From positions 8,905 through 72,904 of the forward strand of contig DATJVC010000025.1 of NCBI GenBank assembly GCA_035501935.1: a stretch of DNA of 64,000 bases. The letters run 5' to 3'. Both the position numbers and the translations under genes were made by a program. Of the stretch, positions 47,063 to 57,604 are shown piece by piece (position 1 is the stretch's first letter; each line of letters opens with the position of its first letter). The DNA is from Gammaproteobacteria bacterium (GTDB taxonomy: Bacteria; Pseudomonadota; Gammaproteobacteria; JAJPIJ01). The notes under the pieces were generated by a model. It was not told the origin of the DNA, ran no database searches, and worked only from the letters and a program-made list of their open reading frames with translations.

Positions 47063-47463
47063 ATCAACAGCGGCGCGATTGGAGAGTACACGGTCTGGAA
47101 GGTGTGTTTCTGCGGTTCGTCCTGCACGAAAACCGCAAATACAAAGGACAACTGATCTACGACTGGCTCTTGATAAAAGCTAGAAACCTCGGCATTCACG
47201 GTGGATCGGCGTTTCATGGAATCGCCGGTTTCGGCCGCCACGGCGTGTTGCATGAACAGCATTTCTGGGAGTTGTCCGGCGACCTGCCGGTCGAAGTGCG
47301 CTTCATATGCAGCGAAAACGAGGCGGGTAAGCTGCTCGATGCGGTCGAGGAGGCCGGGCTCTCCCTGTTTTACGTGATTTCGCCGGTCAGGTACGGGGTG
47401 ACCGGTGTCCAGAAGACCGAGTTGGTCAAGGCAATGCCTCCGCTAAAGGGGGAAACACAATGA
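47059..47463 (+). CDS. DUF190 (PII-like) protein, a crcB-associated family
   Basis: GIAGFGRHG and a PII-like fold pattern. ATGA overlap with the crcB stop. Confidence 0.7.
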   Translation: MNQQRRDWRVHGLEGVFLRFVLHENRKYKGQLIYDWLLIKARNLGIHGGSAFHGIAGFGRHGVLHEQHFWELSGDLPVEVRFICSENEAGKLLDAVEEAGLSLFYVISPVRYGVTGVQKTELVKAMPPLKGETQ

Positions 47464-48692
47464 CGGAAATCTGGGCGCTGTCGGCGTTGTGGATAGGTTT
47501 GGCGTTGCTCGCCACATTGTTGTCGATCTGGTTCCGGGTCGCCACGGCGCTGTCTGAAATCGTTGTGGGAACCGTGGCACAACTGCTGATCGGCGCATTC
47601 ATCGGGACCGCATTGCTCGCCACTGATTCCATATGGGTCAAATATCTCTCGGGGACAGGTGCAATCGTACTCACGTTCCTCGCCGGCGCCGAACTCGACC
47701 CCGAGGTATTCCGGCGCAAATGGAAGGAGGCGACGGTGGTCGGGCTGATCGGCTTTTTCGCACCGTTCTTCGGATGTGCTGCCGGCGCCTACTGGCTGCT
47801 GGGATGGGGGCACGAACCCAGTCTGCTTGCCGGGATTGCGATGTCCACGACTTCCGTCGCCGTGGTTTATGCAGTGATGCTCGAATTCGGTCTGAACAAG
47901 ACTGAATATGGCAAGACGGTGCTCGCGTCGTGCTTCATCAACGATCTCGGCACGGTGATTGGACTCGGCCTGATCTTTGCGCCCTTCACGTTCAAAACTC
48001 TCGTGTTCGTCGCCGGTATGGCCATGGCGGCGCTGGTACTGCCCTGGTTGACTCCGCGCTTCTTCAGGCGCTACGGCGGGAGGCCATCGGAAATGGAGGC
48101 CAAGTACCTTCTATTGTGTCTCTTCGGCCTCGGGGCGCTGGCCGGCTGGGCTGACAGCGAAGCAGTGCTCCCGGCCTACTTGATAGGAATGGTGCTTGCC
48201 GGCACGGTCGGCAAGGATCACGCTCTGATACGCCGGCTGCGCACGCTCACCTTCGGCCTGCTGACCCCCTTCTATTTCATCCGCGCCGGCTCGTTCGTTT
48301 CGATGCCGGCGCTGATCGCGGCACCGGCGGCCTTTATTGCGATGTTCCTGATAAAAATGGTGACCAAGTTCGCCGGCATCTACCCGGTCACCAAGGCTTT
48401 TCGCTCGCCGCAGAAAGAGAGTCTCTATACGACATTGCTGATGTCAACGGGCCTGACCTTCGGTACGATCTCCTCACTTTTCGGGCTGTCGCATGGGATA
48501 ATCAACCAGGCGCAGTATTCAGCACTGGTCGCGGCGGTGGTCGCCAGCGCGGTGATCCCCACCCTCATCGCGAATGCCTGGTTCCTGCCGCACCATTTGC
48601 TGCCCAAGCCGGGGAATGCGGTCGAAGAAAAAACAGGACACGGCATGTCGCCACTGCCGGCGGGAAAACCAGCACGGGCCAATACGGGATAA
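47460..48692 (+). CDS. Cation:proton antiporter (CPA/Na+-H+ exchanger membrane domain)
   Basis: 12 or more TM helices, with motifs LATDSIWV...GAELD typical of NhaP/KefB-type exchangers. Confidence 0.75.
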   Translation: MTEIWALSALWIGLALLATLLSIWFRVATALSEIVVGTVAQLLIGAFIGTALLATDSIWVKYLSGTGAIVLTFLAGAELDPEVFRRKWKEATVVGLIGFFAPFFGCAAGAYWLLGWGHEPSLLAGIAMSTTSVAVVYAVMLEFGLNKTEYGKTVLASCFINDLGTVIGLGLIFAPFTFKTLVFVAGMAMAALVLPWLTPRFFRRYGGRPSEMEAKYLLLCLFGLGALAGWADSEAVLPAYLIGMVLAGTVGKDHALIRRLRTLTFGLLTPFYFIRAGSFVSMPALIAAPAAFIAMFLIKMVTKFAGIYPVTKAFRSPQKESLYTTLLMSTGLTFGTISSLFGLSHGIINQAQYSALVAAVVASAVIPTLIANAWFLPHHLLPKPGNAVEEKTGHGMSPLPAGKPARANTG

Positions 48693-48695
48693 CCC

Positions 48696-49112
48696 ATGTA
48701 CCGGAAAATTTTGATCGCCTACGATGGCTCCGAACCCGGCAGAAAGGCGTTCAACATGGCACTTGACCTCGCCGTCAGAGACAAGGCCGATTTGTACGTG
48801 CTGTCCGTGGTGAGGACGCTCGATGTCGCGGACGACGTTGAGACTGAAGCAGTGATCGAAAACTCGCGCGCGTACCACACCGAACAATTTGCGCTGCTCA
48901 AACATCTCATTTCGGAAAAAGGCATCAAGGGGCATTTCGAGGTTACCGTGGGCCATCCGGCAGAACAAATCATCTACAGCGCCGACCGGCATGATGTGGA
49001 CCTGATAGTCATTGGCCATCGGGGACGATCGAAGTTCGCGCGGCTTCTGCTGGGGTCCGTGTCAAAAAATGTGGTGCAGTATGCCGACCGGCCGGTTATG
49101 GTGGTCCGGTGA
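48696..49112 (+). CDS. uspA: Universal stress protein (UspA family)
   Basis: ATP-binding type Usp motifs (ILIAYDGS..., VIGHRGRS.....LGSVS). Confidence 0.75.
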   Translation: MYRKILIAYDGSEPGRKAFNMALDLAVRDKADLYVLSVVRTLDVADDVETEAVIENSRAYHTEQFALLKHLISEKGIKGHFEVTVGHPAEQIIYSADRHDVDLIVIGHRGRSKFARLLLGSVSKNVVQYADRPVMVVR

Positions 49113-49135
49113 CGCACTCGCCTTGAGAGCAAACC

Positions 49136-49510
49136 GTGAAGGACGTGATCTGGATTGCACTCGGCGCGGTCGTCGGAGCGAACCTGCGCTATGCGATCAA
49201 CCGTCTGGCGCTGAAACACCTTTCCGCGTCGGTCCCTTATGGGACCCTGATAGTCAACGTCACGGGCAGTTTTATTCTCGGCTTCTTTCTCGCCTGGACC
49301 GCAGAACGCGTGCTGGCGGATCCACGCTGGCGCGCGCTGGTCGCGGTGGGTTTCTGCGGCGCCTACACGACCTATTCCAGCTACAGCTACGAGACGGTCG
49401 CGTTGCTGGAGCAGGGGCATTATGGCCTTGCGACAATGAATTTTTTCGCCAATAATCTCCTGTCACTTCTCGGAGTAGTCGCCGGCATGGTTCTGGCGCG
49501 GACCATCTGA
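49136..49510 (+). CDS. crcB: Fluoride channel CrcB/Fluc (paralog 2)
   Basis: CrcB fold with GFCGAYTTYSSYS. Sequence is divergent from paralog 1. Confidence 0.8.
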   Translation: MKDVIWIALGAVVGANLRYAINRLALKHLSASVPYGTLIVNVTGSFILGFFLAWTAERVLADPRWRALVAVGFCGAYTTYSSYSYETVALLEQGHYGLATMNFFANNLLSLLGVVAGMVLARTI

Positions 49511-49511
49511 C

Positions 49512-49841
49512 ATGAGCCGCGAATTCGTCCGCGTATCGGTGTATATCAATGAAGCCGATGAATGGCATCACCGGCCGCTCCATCTTGAAGTGTTGCGCAT
49601 GCTGCACGACCGCGGCGTGGCGGGCGGCACAGTGTTGCGCGCCGTCGCCGGCTTCACCGGGAAAGGCGGCGTGGAGACCACTTCGCTCGTCGATGCCGGC
49701 GGCAAACTGCCGCTGGTGATCGAGTTTATCGATGCAATGGAAAAAATCGGACGTGTGATGCCAGAACTGAAAAAAATGGTCGGCCATCGACTCATTGTGC
49801 ATGAACAGGTCGAAGTCGATGACACTGAAAGGCCGGGTTGA
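49512..49841 (+). CDS. DUF190 (PII-like) protein, second copy
   Basis: VAGFTGKGG motif, paralogous to the 47059-47463 product. Confidence 0.7.
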   Translation: MSREFVRVSVYINEADEWHHRPLHLEVLRMLHDRGVAGGTVLRAVAGFTGKGGVETTSLVDAGGKLPLVIEFIDAMEKIGRVMPELKKMVGHRLIVHEQVEVDDTERPG

Positions 49842-49989
49842 CCAGGCGCATCAAGTCAGCATTTCTGTCATTTAAACTTTGTGAGCAATGCCCCCAGTCA
49901 TGCCCCACCACGAATTGGGATCTTCCTTTATTTCAACCGTGGCGGCATTCCGTACCGTCGATACTGGAAGCGCCCAGTGCTTTCGCCCG

Positions 49990-50256
49990 TCACGCCTTGC
50001 CGCGACCATTGTTGATTACGGTGCAGGGGATCCCTGTCTGCCTGAGCGCCCGGCTTGCGGTGCCAAAAGTATCAGCCGTCAGTACTTCGATCGCCAAAAT
50101 CCTCCGCAGTCGTCTTAATCTGCCCGTCACGCCACGCATCAGACGGCCGTCACGGGCCAATGTGCCATTGAAATCGAGCACGAGATGGCGTAAAAACAAT
50201 TTGCCACGTCCCGGAATATCTATTTTCAGCCCCGCCGGTTCATTCATGCCCGTCAA
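49990..50256 (-). CDS. Small HAD-like fragment (degenerate DxDGT motif LVLDFNGTL). Possible gene remnant.
   Basis: 88-aa ORF. Motif I has Asn in place of the second Asp. Arg-rich. No SD identified. Confidence 0.3.
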   Translation of the reverse strand: MTGMNEPAGLKIDIPGRGKLFLRHLVLDFNGTLARDGRLMRGVTGRLRRLRRILAIEVLTADTFGTASRALRQTGIPCTVINNGRGKA

Positions 50257-50274
50257 CTTTCACGCGGATAATTG

Positions 50275-51585
50275 TCAACGCTTATTCTTGTTTCGCGCTG
50301 TTTCATCCAGCGCCCGCAACTGCCGCAACTTCTCGGCGATTTTGGCTTCCAGGCCGCGGTCAGTGGGTTCGTAATAGCGGCGATTGTGCAGTTTTTCAGG
50401 CAGATAATTCTCACCGGCCGCGTAGGCGTCAGGTTCGTCGTGGGCGTAGCGGTAATCCTTGCCGTAATCAAGATGCTTCATGAGTTTGGTCGGCGCATTG
50501 CGCAGATACAGCGGCACCTCCAGCGAACCCTGCTCCTGCGCATCGCGCATCGCGCTGTTAAACGCAGTGTAAACCGCGTTGCTCTTGGCGCAACAGGCGA
50601 GGTACACCACTGCTTGCGCGATGGACAGTTCGCCCTCCGGGCTGCCGAGTCGTTCCTGCGTTTCCCAGGCATCGAGCGCCAGGCGCAACGCGCGCGGATC
50701 GGCATTGCCGATGTCCTCCGAGGCCATGCGCACCACGCGCCGGGCGACGTACAGCGGATCACAGCCACCATCAATCATGCGCGCCAACCAGTACAGGGCC
50801 CCGTCGGGGTTCGAACCGCGCACCGATTTATGCAGAGCGGAGATCTGGTCATAGAATGCCTCGCCGCCCTTATCGAAGCGCCGCAGGCTGCCGCCAGTGA
50901 TCACCTCATCCAGCAACGCCTCGTTAATATCCCTTCCTTCCGTCAATGACATGGCGATTTCGAGATAAATGAGTGCACGGCGCGCATCGCCATCGGCGGC
51001 CTGCGCGAGCTTGTCCCGCACTCCAGGGGCCATGCCTGCACCGGTCGCCGCCAGAGCGGAATCGATGAGAGTGCGCAACTGCGATGCCCCAAGGCTCTTC
51101 AAGACATAGACCCGCACCCTCGACAACAGCGCATTATTCAGTTCAAAGGAGGGATTTTCCGTCGTTGCCCCGATAAAAATGATCGTGCCGTCCTCAATAT
51201 GTGGCAGAAAGGAATCCTGTTGGGACTTGTTGAAGCGATGCACCTCGTCAATGAACAAAATTGTTCGCCTGCCCTCCCCTTCCCTTGCCTTCCTGGCCTG
51301 ATCGATGGCGGCGCGGATTTCCTTGACGCCTGAAAGCACCGCCGACAACTGCAGAAATTCCGCGTTGCTTTGAGTCGCGATCAGTCGGGCCAGCGTGGTC
51401 TTGCCGGAGCCGGGCGGCCCCCAGAAGATCATGGAGTGCACCTGGCCGGTTTCGATGGCCCGTCGCAACGGTTTGCCCGGCGCCAGCAGATGTTCCTGGC
51501 CGACCACATCCTCAATACGTTGAGGACGCAGTCGATCCGCCAGGGGGCGGAAATCGGAAACAGTAGGGCTATCCGGTCTGTTCAA
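50275..51585 (-). CDS. rarA: Replication-associated recombination protein A (MgsA/RarA AAA+ ATPase)
   Basis: [11 protein letters not shown] Walker A, sensor motifs, C-terminal MgsA domain. Confidence 0.9.
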   Translation of the reverse strand: MNRPDSPTVSDFRPLADRLRPQRIEDVVGQEHLLAPGKPLRRAIETGQVHSMIFWGPPGSGKTTLARLIATQSNAEFLQLSAVLSGVKEIRAAIDQARKAREGEGRRTILFIDEVHRFNKSQQDSFLPHIEDGTIIFIGATTENPSFELNNALLSRVRVYVLKSLGASQLRTLIDSALAATGAGMAPGVRDKLAQAADGDARRALIYLEIAMSLTEGRDINEALLDEVITGGSLRRFDKGGEAFYDQISALHKSVRGSNPDGALYWLARMIDGGCDPLYVARRVVRMASEDIGNADPRALRLALDAWETQERLGSPEGELSIAQAVVYLACCAKSNAVYTAFNSAMRDAQEQGSLEVPLYLRNAPTKLMKHLDYGKDYRYAHDEPDAYAAGENYLPEKLHNRRYYEPTDRGLEAKIAEKLRQLRALDETARNKNKR

Positions 51586-52229
51586 GGTCTGGGCGCGTTG
51601 CGCGGACGGCTCAAATCATTGACGTCGACGCCGTCGGGCGGCGTAAAACTGAACACGCCGTCGTCGATGGAGGCATTGCGCTGTTCGTCCCTGAATTTGA
51701 GATGTGTGACCTGACCGAAATTGTCGGCCAGCTCCATCTCACGCAGGTTGGATTTCTCGAAACCGAGCTTGATGCCTGCGTAATCGTGACTGGCGTCCTT
51801 GGGGATGAGCGAAATCCATTGCACGCCATCCTTCTCGCCCATCTCGGTGACATTGTATTTCTCATCGATATGCACCTGGTTGCCCAGAATCAGTGCCGGG
51901 GCACTGTTCAATACCTTGTCGATGGGCCGGATCGTCACCTGCTCCAGATCCTTGTCGTAAATCCAGACCTTTTGTCCGTCGCCGATGATGGATTGCTCAT
52001 AAGGCCTGGTATATTCCCAGTGAAACTTGCCGGGACGCTCCAAATACACCGTGCCCTGGGAAGTTTCGCGAAGTTTGCCCTGCTCGTCGGTGACGGTTTG
52101 CTCGAATTGCGCCCTGAGCGTCTTGAAATCCGCGAGATAATCGTCCAGCGCCTTGCGCGCTTCTCCCGCCGCTGCCGGCCAGGGCAGCAAAACCAGTCCT
52201 GAAAGTACAATCGCCCTGAATATTTTCAT
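51582..52229 (-). CDS. lolA: Outer-membrane lipoprotein carrier protein LolA
   Basis: Signal peptide [21 protein letters not shown]. LolA fold motifs. ftsK-lolA-rarA synteny. Confidence 0.8.
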   Translation of the reverse strand: MKIFRAIVLSGLVLLPWPAAAGEARKALDDYLADFKTLRAQFEQTVTDEQGKLRETSQGTVYLERPGKFHWEYTRPYEQSIIGDGQKVWIYDKDLEQVTIRPIDKVLNSAPALILGNQVHIDEKYNVTEMGEKDGVQWISLIPKDASHDYAGIKLGFEKSNLREMELADNFGQVTHLKFRDEQRNASIDDGVFSFTPPDGVDVNDLSRPRNAPRP

Positions 52230-52416
52230 TGCCCGGAACCAAAGATGCTCACATATAAATGTGACTAATGACTGTTGTCTTGGTTCTGAATCATCGCATG
52301 TCCGCAAGAACCCGACAAACAAAAAGAACGGGGGAATTTGCAGGGTCTGTGAAATCGGTGAATACTGTACGAACAAGTTATCCAATAACTACAACAAACC
52401 GTACTCGAGTTGCTTG

Positions 52417-53178
52417 ATGCTTCAACTTCCACGGCGGGTAGCAAGAAATAACCCCCTTCTGCGCAACGCTGGCCGTCATGAAGCGTTGGTACTGCTGATC
52501 ATCAGCATCGCGTTGCTCGTTCTGTCCGGCATTGCCCCGCATGATCGATTGACATGGTGGCTGGAGACCCTGCCAATTTTCACCATCGTGCCCATCCTGA
52601 TTGCCACGGGCCAGGTATTCCCGTTCACACCGCTGGCCTACCGGCTCATGTTTTTGCACTCGCTCGTGCTCATGGTCGGAGGCCACTACACTTATGCACA
52701 CGTCCCCTTCGGCGACTGGATGGAGGAATGGTTCGGTTTCGGTCGCAATAATTTCGATCGCATCGGCCATTTCATGCAGGGCTGCGTACCGGCCATCGCG
52801 GCGCGTGAAATCCTGCTGCGTCGCTCGCCGCTCTTTCCAGGCCGCTGGTTGTTCACGCTGGTAACCGCAACATGCCTGGCGATCAGCGCCAGTTACGAGC
52901 TGCTCGAATGGGCGGCGGCGATGACCCTCGGACAGGCGGCGGACGCCTTCCTCGGGACGCAGGGCGACCCCTGGGACACGCAGTGGGACATGCTTTGGGC
53001 CTTGATCGGCGCGCTGACCTCGCAACTTTTATTCTCCCGAATCCATAATCAGCAGATCAACAGTCTGGCCCTGACGCCCCATTTGCTCACTGAAAAATAT
53101 TCATACGTTTCCCTGCGACGGTTGCGCCGCCTGCTTAGGCGGGCGGGACTCAACGTTTATCGCCTCCGTCTAAGGTAG
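52417..53178 (+). CDS. DUF2238 (YjdF-like) membrane protein
   Basis: Conserved HYTYA..PFGDW...FGF..NNFDR.GHF motif block. Confidence 0.6.
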   Translation: MLQLPRRVARNNPLLRNAGRHEALVLLIISIALLVLSGIAPHDRLTWWLETLPIFTIVPILIATGQVFPFTPLAYRLMFLHSLVLMVGGHYTYAHVPFGDWMEEWFGFGRNNFDRIGHFMQGCVPAIAAREILLRRSPLFPGRWLFTLVTATCLAISASYELLEWAAAMTLGQAADAFLGTQGDPWDTQWDMLWALIGALTSQLLFSRIHNQQINSLALTPHLLTEKYSYVSLRRLRRLLRRAGLNVYRLRLR

Positions 53179-53383
53179 AACTTTTGGATCGGAATAGTCA
53201 GAGCCCTGGTGTTCTTTTCGAAAAAAGTGCTGGTGGGTGGCGATACTGACATCCCCGGCCACGGCGGCCCCCGCCGCACGGGGCGCCGCCCCTTCGACCC
53301 CCTCACCTGGTTTATATTACGCGCCCCGGAAGATCGCGGCTGCGGAAATAGCATCGGCCACTGTCATCATCCGGCGTCACCGG

Positions 53384-55696
53384 TTATTGCTTCGGTGGCG
53401 GAGGCGCCAGGACTTCACGACTGCCGTTGGATTGCAGGGCGCCGACAATGCCGGCACGCTCCATGTCCTCCACCAGCCGTGCGGCGCGGTTGTAGCCGAT
53501 CTTGAGCCGCCGTTGCACGCCGGAGACCGAGGCGCGCCGGGTTTCCGTCACAATGCGCACGGCCTGATCGTACAACTCGTCTTTTTCGCCGCCGCCGCCA
53601 CTGGCGAAACTTTCCGCGCCGTCGCCCGCCGCTTCCTCCTCTTCAAGATCGCCCCGCACAATGGCCTCGATGTATTCCGGCTTGCCGGAACGCTTGAGCC
53701 GGTTCACCACCTTGTGCACCTCCTGATCCGAGACAAAAGCGCCATGCACTCGCGTAGGCAGGCCGACGCCGGGCGGCAGATACAGCATGTCGCCGTGGCC
53801 GAGCAGATTCTCGGCGCCCATCTGATCAAGGATGGTGCGCGAATCCACCCGCGAGGACACCTGAAACGCGATGCGACTGGGAATATTTGCCTTGATCAGG
53901 CCGGTGATCACGTCTACGGAGGGACGTTGTGTTGCGAGAATGAGATGGATGCCGGCGGCGCGTGCCTTTTGCGCCAGCCGCGCGATCAGCTCTTCCACCT
54001 TTTTGCCGACGGTCATCATCATGTCGGCCAGCTCATCAACGATGACGACGATGTAAGGCAGCGCTTTCAATACCGGCGCTGCTTCTCCCTCACCAGCCAA
54101 TTCGGGCTGGAATAGCGGATCATGCAATGGCTGGCCGCTGCCGGCGGCGTCTTCAACCTTGCGGTTGTAACCGCTGATATTGCGCACACCCAGCGCCGCC
54201 ATCAGCCGGTAACGCCGTTCCATCTCATTGACGCACCAACGCAGCGCGTTAGCGGCCTCCTTCATGTCCGTCACCACCGGCGCCAACAACGGCGGGATGC
54301 CTTCGTAGACGGACAGCTCCAGCATTTTTGGATCGATCATGATGAGCCGCGTCTGCACCGCGGTGGTTTTATAAAGCAGGCTTAGCACCATGGCGTTCAA
54401 GGCGACGGATTTGCCCGATCCCGTGGTGCCGGCCACCAGCAGGTGAGGCATGCGCGCCAGATCCACCACGATGGGCTTGCCGCCGATATCCTTGCCCAAC
54501 GCCAGCGTCAGCGGTGAGGCGCTCTCCTCGTATTCTCGTGAACTCAGGATTTCGCTCAAGCTGACCAGTTCGCGTTGCGCGTTTGGGATTTCCAGACCAA
54601 TGACGGACTTTCCGGGGATCACCTCCACCACGCGCACGCTGACGGTGGAGAGCGAGCGGGCCAGATCCTTGGACAGATTACTGATGCGGCTGGCCTTCAC
54701 GCCCGGCGCGGGTTGCAATTCGAAGCGGGTGATCACCGGCCCTGGATGCACGGCGACCACCTGCGCCTCGACGCCAAAATCCTTGAGTTTCAGTTCGACC
54801 TGCCGCGACATCGCCTCCAGCGCCTCGGTGGAATATCCCCCCTTGGCGGGCGGTGGCGCGTCCAGAAGATCCAGCGACGGCAGTTCGGAGGGCGCCAGTG
54901 GCGTGTCGAATAATTTTTCCTGCTTGGCCTTGACCGCCCGCCTGCTGACCTCCGGCGTCAGCATCGGCACCTCGATCTTGGGCTTTGGGCGGCTGATAAC
55001 CCGCTCTATTTCCTCCTTGACGAAGCTTTCGCGCGCACGCCTGGCGCGCTGACCGGCGGTGTAATCTACAAGGATCTCGAACAACCGTTGCAGCGTATCC
55101 GCCAACCCCAGGGTATGGCGCCCAACGGTCTCCATCAGCCACAGCCAGGATAGGCCCGTCAACAGGGTGACGCCCGTCAGAAACAAGGCCACCATCAACA
55201 GAATGCCGCCGCGCGCGCCAAAAATCGCAATGCAGGCCTTGCCGATCACGTCGCCAAGGATGCCGCCACCCATTTGCTGGGGCGGCACGCCGCGCGTATT
55301 CGCCCAGAACAGACCGCAACCCATGATTACGGTGAGCAGGAAACCCACAGTACGGGCGGTGATATGGAAATAATCGAATTCTCGCGGCCTGACCTCCAGC
55401 CGATAGACACGCCATGCCGCTCCGGCGATCATGATCGGAAAGAGATAGGCCACATAACCAAAGAGATAAAGTATCCAGTCCGCCACGTAGGCGCCGACGA
55501 TGCCGCCTTGATTGTGGATCTGACCGGCGCTGCCGGCATGCGACCAGCCGGGATCATCCGGACTGTGCGTCAGCAGCGCCAGCAGCAGAAACAATGCCAC
55601 CGCGGCCAGCACGATCAGTCCGCCTTCGCGCAGGCGCTTTGCCAGATGCAGCGTAATTGGCGGGGAGGTCTGGTGCTTGCGTACGGCTTGCGTCAA
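53384..55696 (-). CDS. ftsK: DNA translocase FtsK
   Basis: N-terminal 4-TM domain, Pro/Ala-rich linker, RecA-like motor (GTTGSGKS), C-terminal gamma/KOPS-binding domain. Confidence 0.9.
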   Translation of the reverse strand: MTQAVRKHQTSPPITLHLAKRLREGGLIVLAAVALFLLLALLTHSPDDPGWSHAGSAGQIHNQGGIVGAYVADWILYLFGYVAYLFPIMIAGAAWRVYRLEVRPREFDYFHITARTVGFLLTVIMGCGLFWANTRGVPPQQMGGGILGDVIGKACIAIFGARGGILLMVALFLTGVTLLTGLSWLWLMETVGRHTLGLADTLQRLFEILVDYTAGQRARRARESFVKEEIERVISRPKPKIEVPMLTPEVSRRAVKAKQEKLFDTPLAPSELPSLDLLDAPPPAKGGYSTEALEAMSRQVELKLKDFGVEAQVVAVHPGPVITRFELQPAPGVKASRISNLSKDLARSLSTVSVRVVEVIPGKSVIGLEIPNAQRELVSLSEILSSREYEESASPLTLALGKDIGGKPIVVDLARMPHLLVAGTTGSGKSVALNAMVLSLLYKTTAVQTRLIMIDPKMLELSVYEGIPPLLAPVVTDMKEAANALRWCVNEMERRYRLMAALGVRNISGYNRKVEDAAGSGQPLHDPLFQPELAGEGEAAPVLKALPYIVVIVDELADMMMTVGKKVEELIARLAQKARAAGIHLILATQRPSVDVITGLIKANIPSRIAFQVSSRVDSRTILDQMGAENLLGHGDMLYLPPGVGLPTRVHGAFVSDQEVHKVVNRLKRSGKPEYIEAIVRGDLEEEEAAGDGAESFASGGGGEKDELYDQAVRIVTETRRASVSGVQRRLKIGYNRAARLVEDMERAGIVGALQSNGSREVLAPPPPKQ

Positions 55697-55826
55697 GTAA
55701 GTTAATCCTGTTTAATTGAAATATAATATAACATACTGAATTTATATAATTATAAATTAGAATATAAAGTGTTTTATCATTGCGATATCGCGAATCTCAC
55801 CATGCCTTCAAACCACCTGTCCGTAT

Positions 55827-56555
55827 ATGCGCATTCAATTCTTCTCCGACATCCATCTTGAGTTCGGACCGCTGGAGTTCCGTCAGGCCGATGCTGAGGT
55901 GATCGTCGCGGCGGGTGACATCAGCCTCGGGCTGGACGGCCTGCGCTGGTTGCAAACTGCCACTGTGCCAGTGATCTACGTGGCCGGCAATCACGAATAC
56001 TATTGCGCCAACATGCCGGAGGTTCTGGAGAAACTGCGTGCCGAGGGTCGCGGTAATCCCGTGTATTTTCTGGAAAACGATCAGGTCGTCATCAATGATG
56101 TGCGTTTCCTGGGCACGACATTATGGACTGACTTCAACGGTGGTGATCAGAAGCTCATCGATGAATCACGCTTGAAGATGAATGACTACTGGCAGATCAG
56201 CAATGGCCGCGAACGTCTGCGGCCCAAGGACACCTGGGATGCCCATCATAAAGCCCGGCAATGGCTGCGGGAGCGGCTGGCGGAACCCTTCCCGGGCAAG
56301 ACCGTGGTGGTGACACATCACGCCCCCAGCCTGCGCAGTTGGTATGGCGGACGAAGTTCGCCTTTTTTGCACATTTACTGCAGTGACATGGATAGCGAAC
56401 TGAATAACAGCGGCGTCGCGCTTTGGATCCATGGCCATATTCACCGCACCAACGACTACGCCATCGGGCGGACCCGGGTGGTGAGCAACACCCGGGGTTA
56501 TGCCGGCGTGCAGGACATCGATGGCTTTGATCTAGGCAAAGTCGTTGAGATCTAG
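55827..56555 (+). CDS. Calcineurin-like metallophosphoesterase
   Basis: Metal-binding motifs SDIHLE, GDIS, GNHEYY, HHAP, GHIH. Confidence 0.75.
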   Translation: MRIQFFSDIHLEFGPLEFRQADAEVIVAAGDISLGLDGLRWLQTATVPVIYVAGNHEYYCANMPEVLEKLRAEGRGNPVYFLENDQVVINDVRFLGTTLWTDFNGGDQKLIDESRLKMNDYWQISNGRERLRPKDTWDAHHKARQWLRERLAEPFPGKTVVVTHHAPSLRSWYGGRSSPFLHIYCSDMDSELNNSGVALWIHGHIHRTNDYAIGRTRVVSNTRGYAGVQDIDGFDLGKVVEI

Positions 56556-56884
56556 TTCTTCTTGCCGTCGCCGTGGGTGTATAGCGGAAAGGGCGCGACA
56601 TTGGACGCCGTATCAGCCATCGTCGTGATCTTGCCATGACCCTGCTTTTCGACCTCATCGATGCGGATGATGGAATGAATCGGCAGGAAGGTCCGCACCA
56701 CACCCTTGAATTCCGTTTTCAGATGTTCCTCGGAGGGATCCAGCACCACGGTGGATTTCTCGCCAAACAACAGCTTGTCGATCTCGATGAAGCCCATCAT
56801 GCTGCTCTGGTGCACACTGCGGGCGAAGACTTCATAGACCCTGCCCTGATTATGGAAAGTGACCTTGTAGATGGGTTTGGCCAT
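56552..56884 (-). CDS. DUF1820-family small protein
   Basis: MAKPIYKVTFHNQGRVYEV... conserved N-terminus. Confidence 0.5.
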   Translation of the reverse strand: MAKPIYKVTFHNQGRVYEVFARSVHQSSMMGFIEIDKLLFGEKSTVVLDPSEEHLKTEFKGVVRTFLPIHSIIRIDEVEKQGHGKITTMADTASNVAPFPLYTHGDGKKN

Positions 56885-57097
56885 GCGCGCGTTCAAAAAA
56901 AGAATAGTGCCGGGCGACAATAGTAACATGGGGATCCCCCTCCATTAAGAGCATGTTCAGGCCGACTGGTATAGAATTAAATTGATTTCGGGAAGGAAAT
57001 TCCCGCGTCCCCGGGGCATCGGCTGCGGTCCTGGAGGAATCGCAGAACCATGACGGCTGGACTATGCTTAACAGGGCGTAAGGATGGGGTGTGATTT

Positions 57098-57595
57098 ATG
57101 AGCAGGATATTTTCCGTAATAACCGTATGCGGCTTGCTGCTGTTTTCATCACCCGGCCGCGCCGAATGCGATTCACAGCAGACCGGCAGCGGCGAGGTTG
57201 TCGGCACCCTGTTGGGCGCGGCGGTGGGTGGTTTGATCGGCGCTCAGATCGGCAAGGGAACGGGCAACAAGGTCGCCATCGGCGCCGGTGTGCTGGCCGG
57301 CGGCCTGCTTGGCAACAAGCTGGGCTCGCAACTGGATTGCCGGGATCAGGAATACCACGCCAGCACCGCACAGAATTCCTTTGAAACGCAGAAGACCGGC
57401 ACCACCACCAGCTGGGTCAACCCCGACAGCGGGCACAGCGGTTCGGTGACGCCGACGCGCACCTATCAAACCGACGATGGCACCCCCTGCCGCGAATTCA
57501 CCCAGACCATCGAGGTCAACGGTCAGAAGCAGAGCGGCTACGGCACCGCCTGCCGCCAGCCCGACGGCAGCTGGAAGATCGTCAGCAGCAATTGA
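57098..57595 (+). CDS. Glycine-zipper (17-kDa surface antigen/SlyB-like) outer-membrane lipoprotein with a C-terminal cysteine-containing domain
   Basis: Signal peptide. Gly-zipper GTLLGAAVGGLIGAQIGKGTGNKVAIGAGVLAGGLLG. SD AAGGATGGGG. Confidence 0.55.
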   Translation: MSRIFSVITVCGLLLFSSPGRAECDSQQTGSGEVVGTLLGAAVGGLIGAQIGKGTGNKVAIGAGVLAGGLLGNKLGSQLDCRDQEYHASTAQNSFETQKTGTTTSWVNPDSGHSGSVTPTRTYQTDDGTPCREFTQTIEVNGQKQSGYGTACRQPDGSWKIVSSN

Positions 57596-57604
57596 CCGGC
57601 AGGC

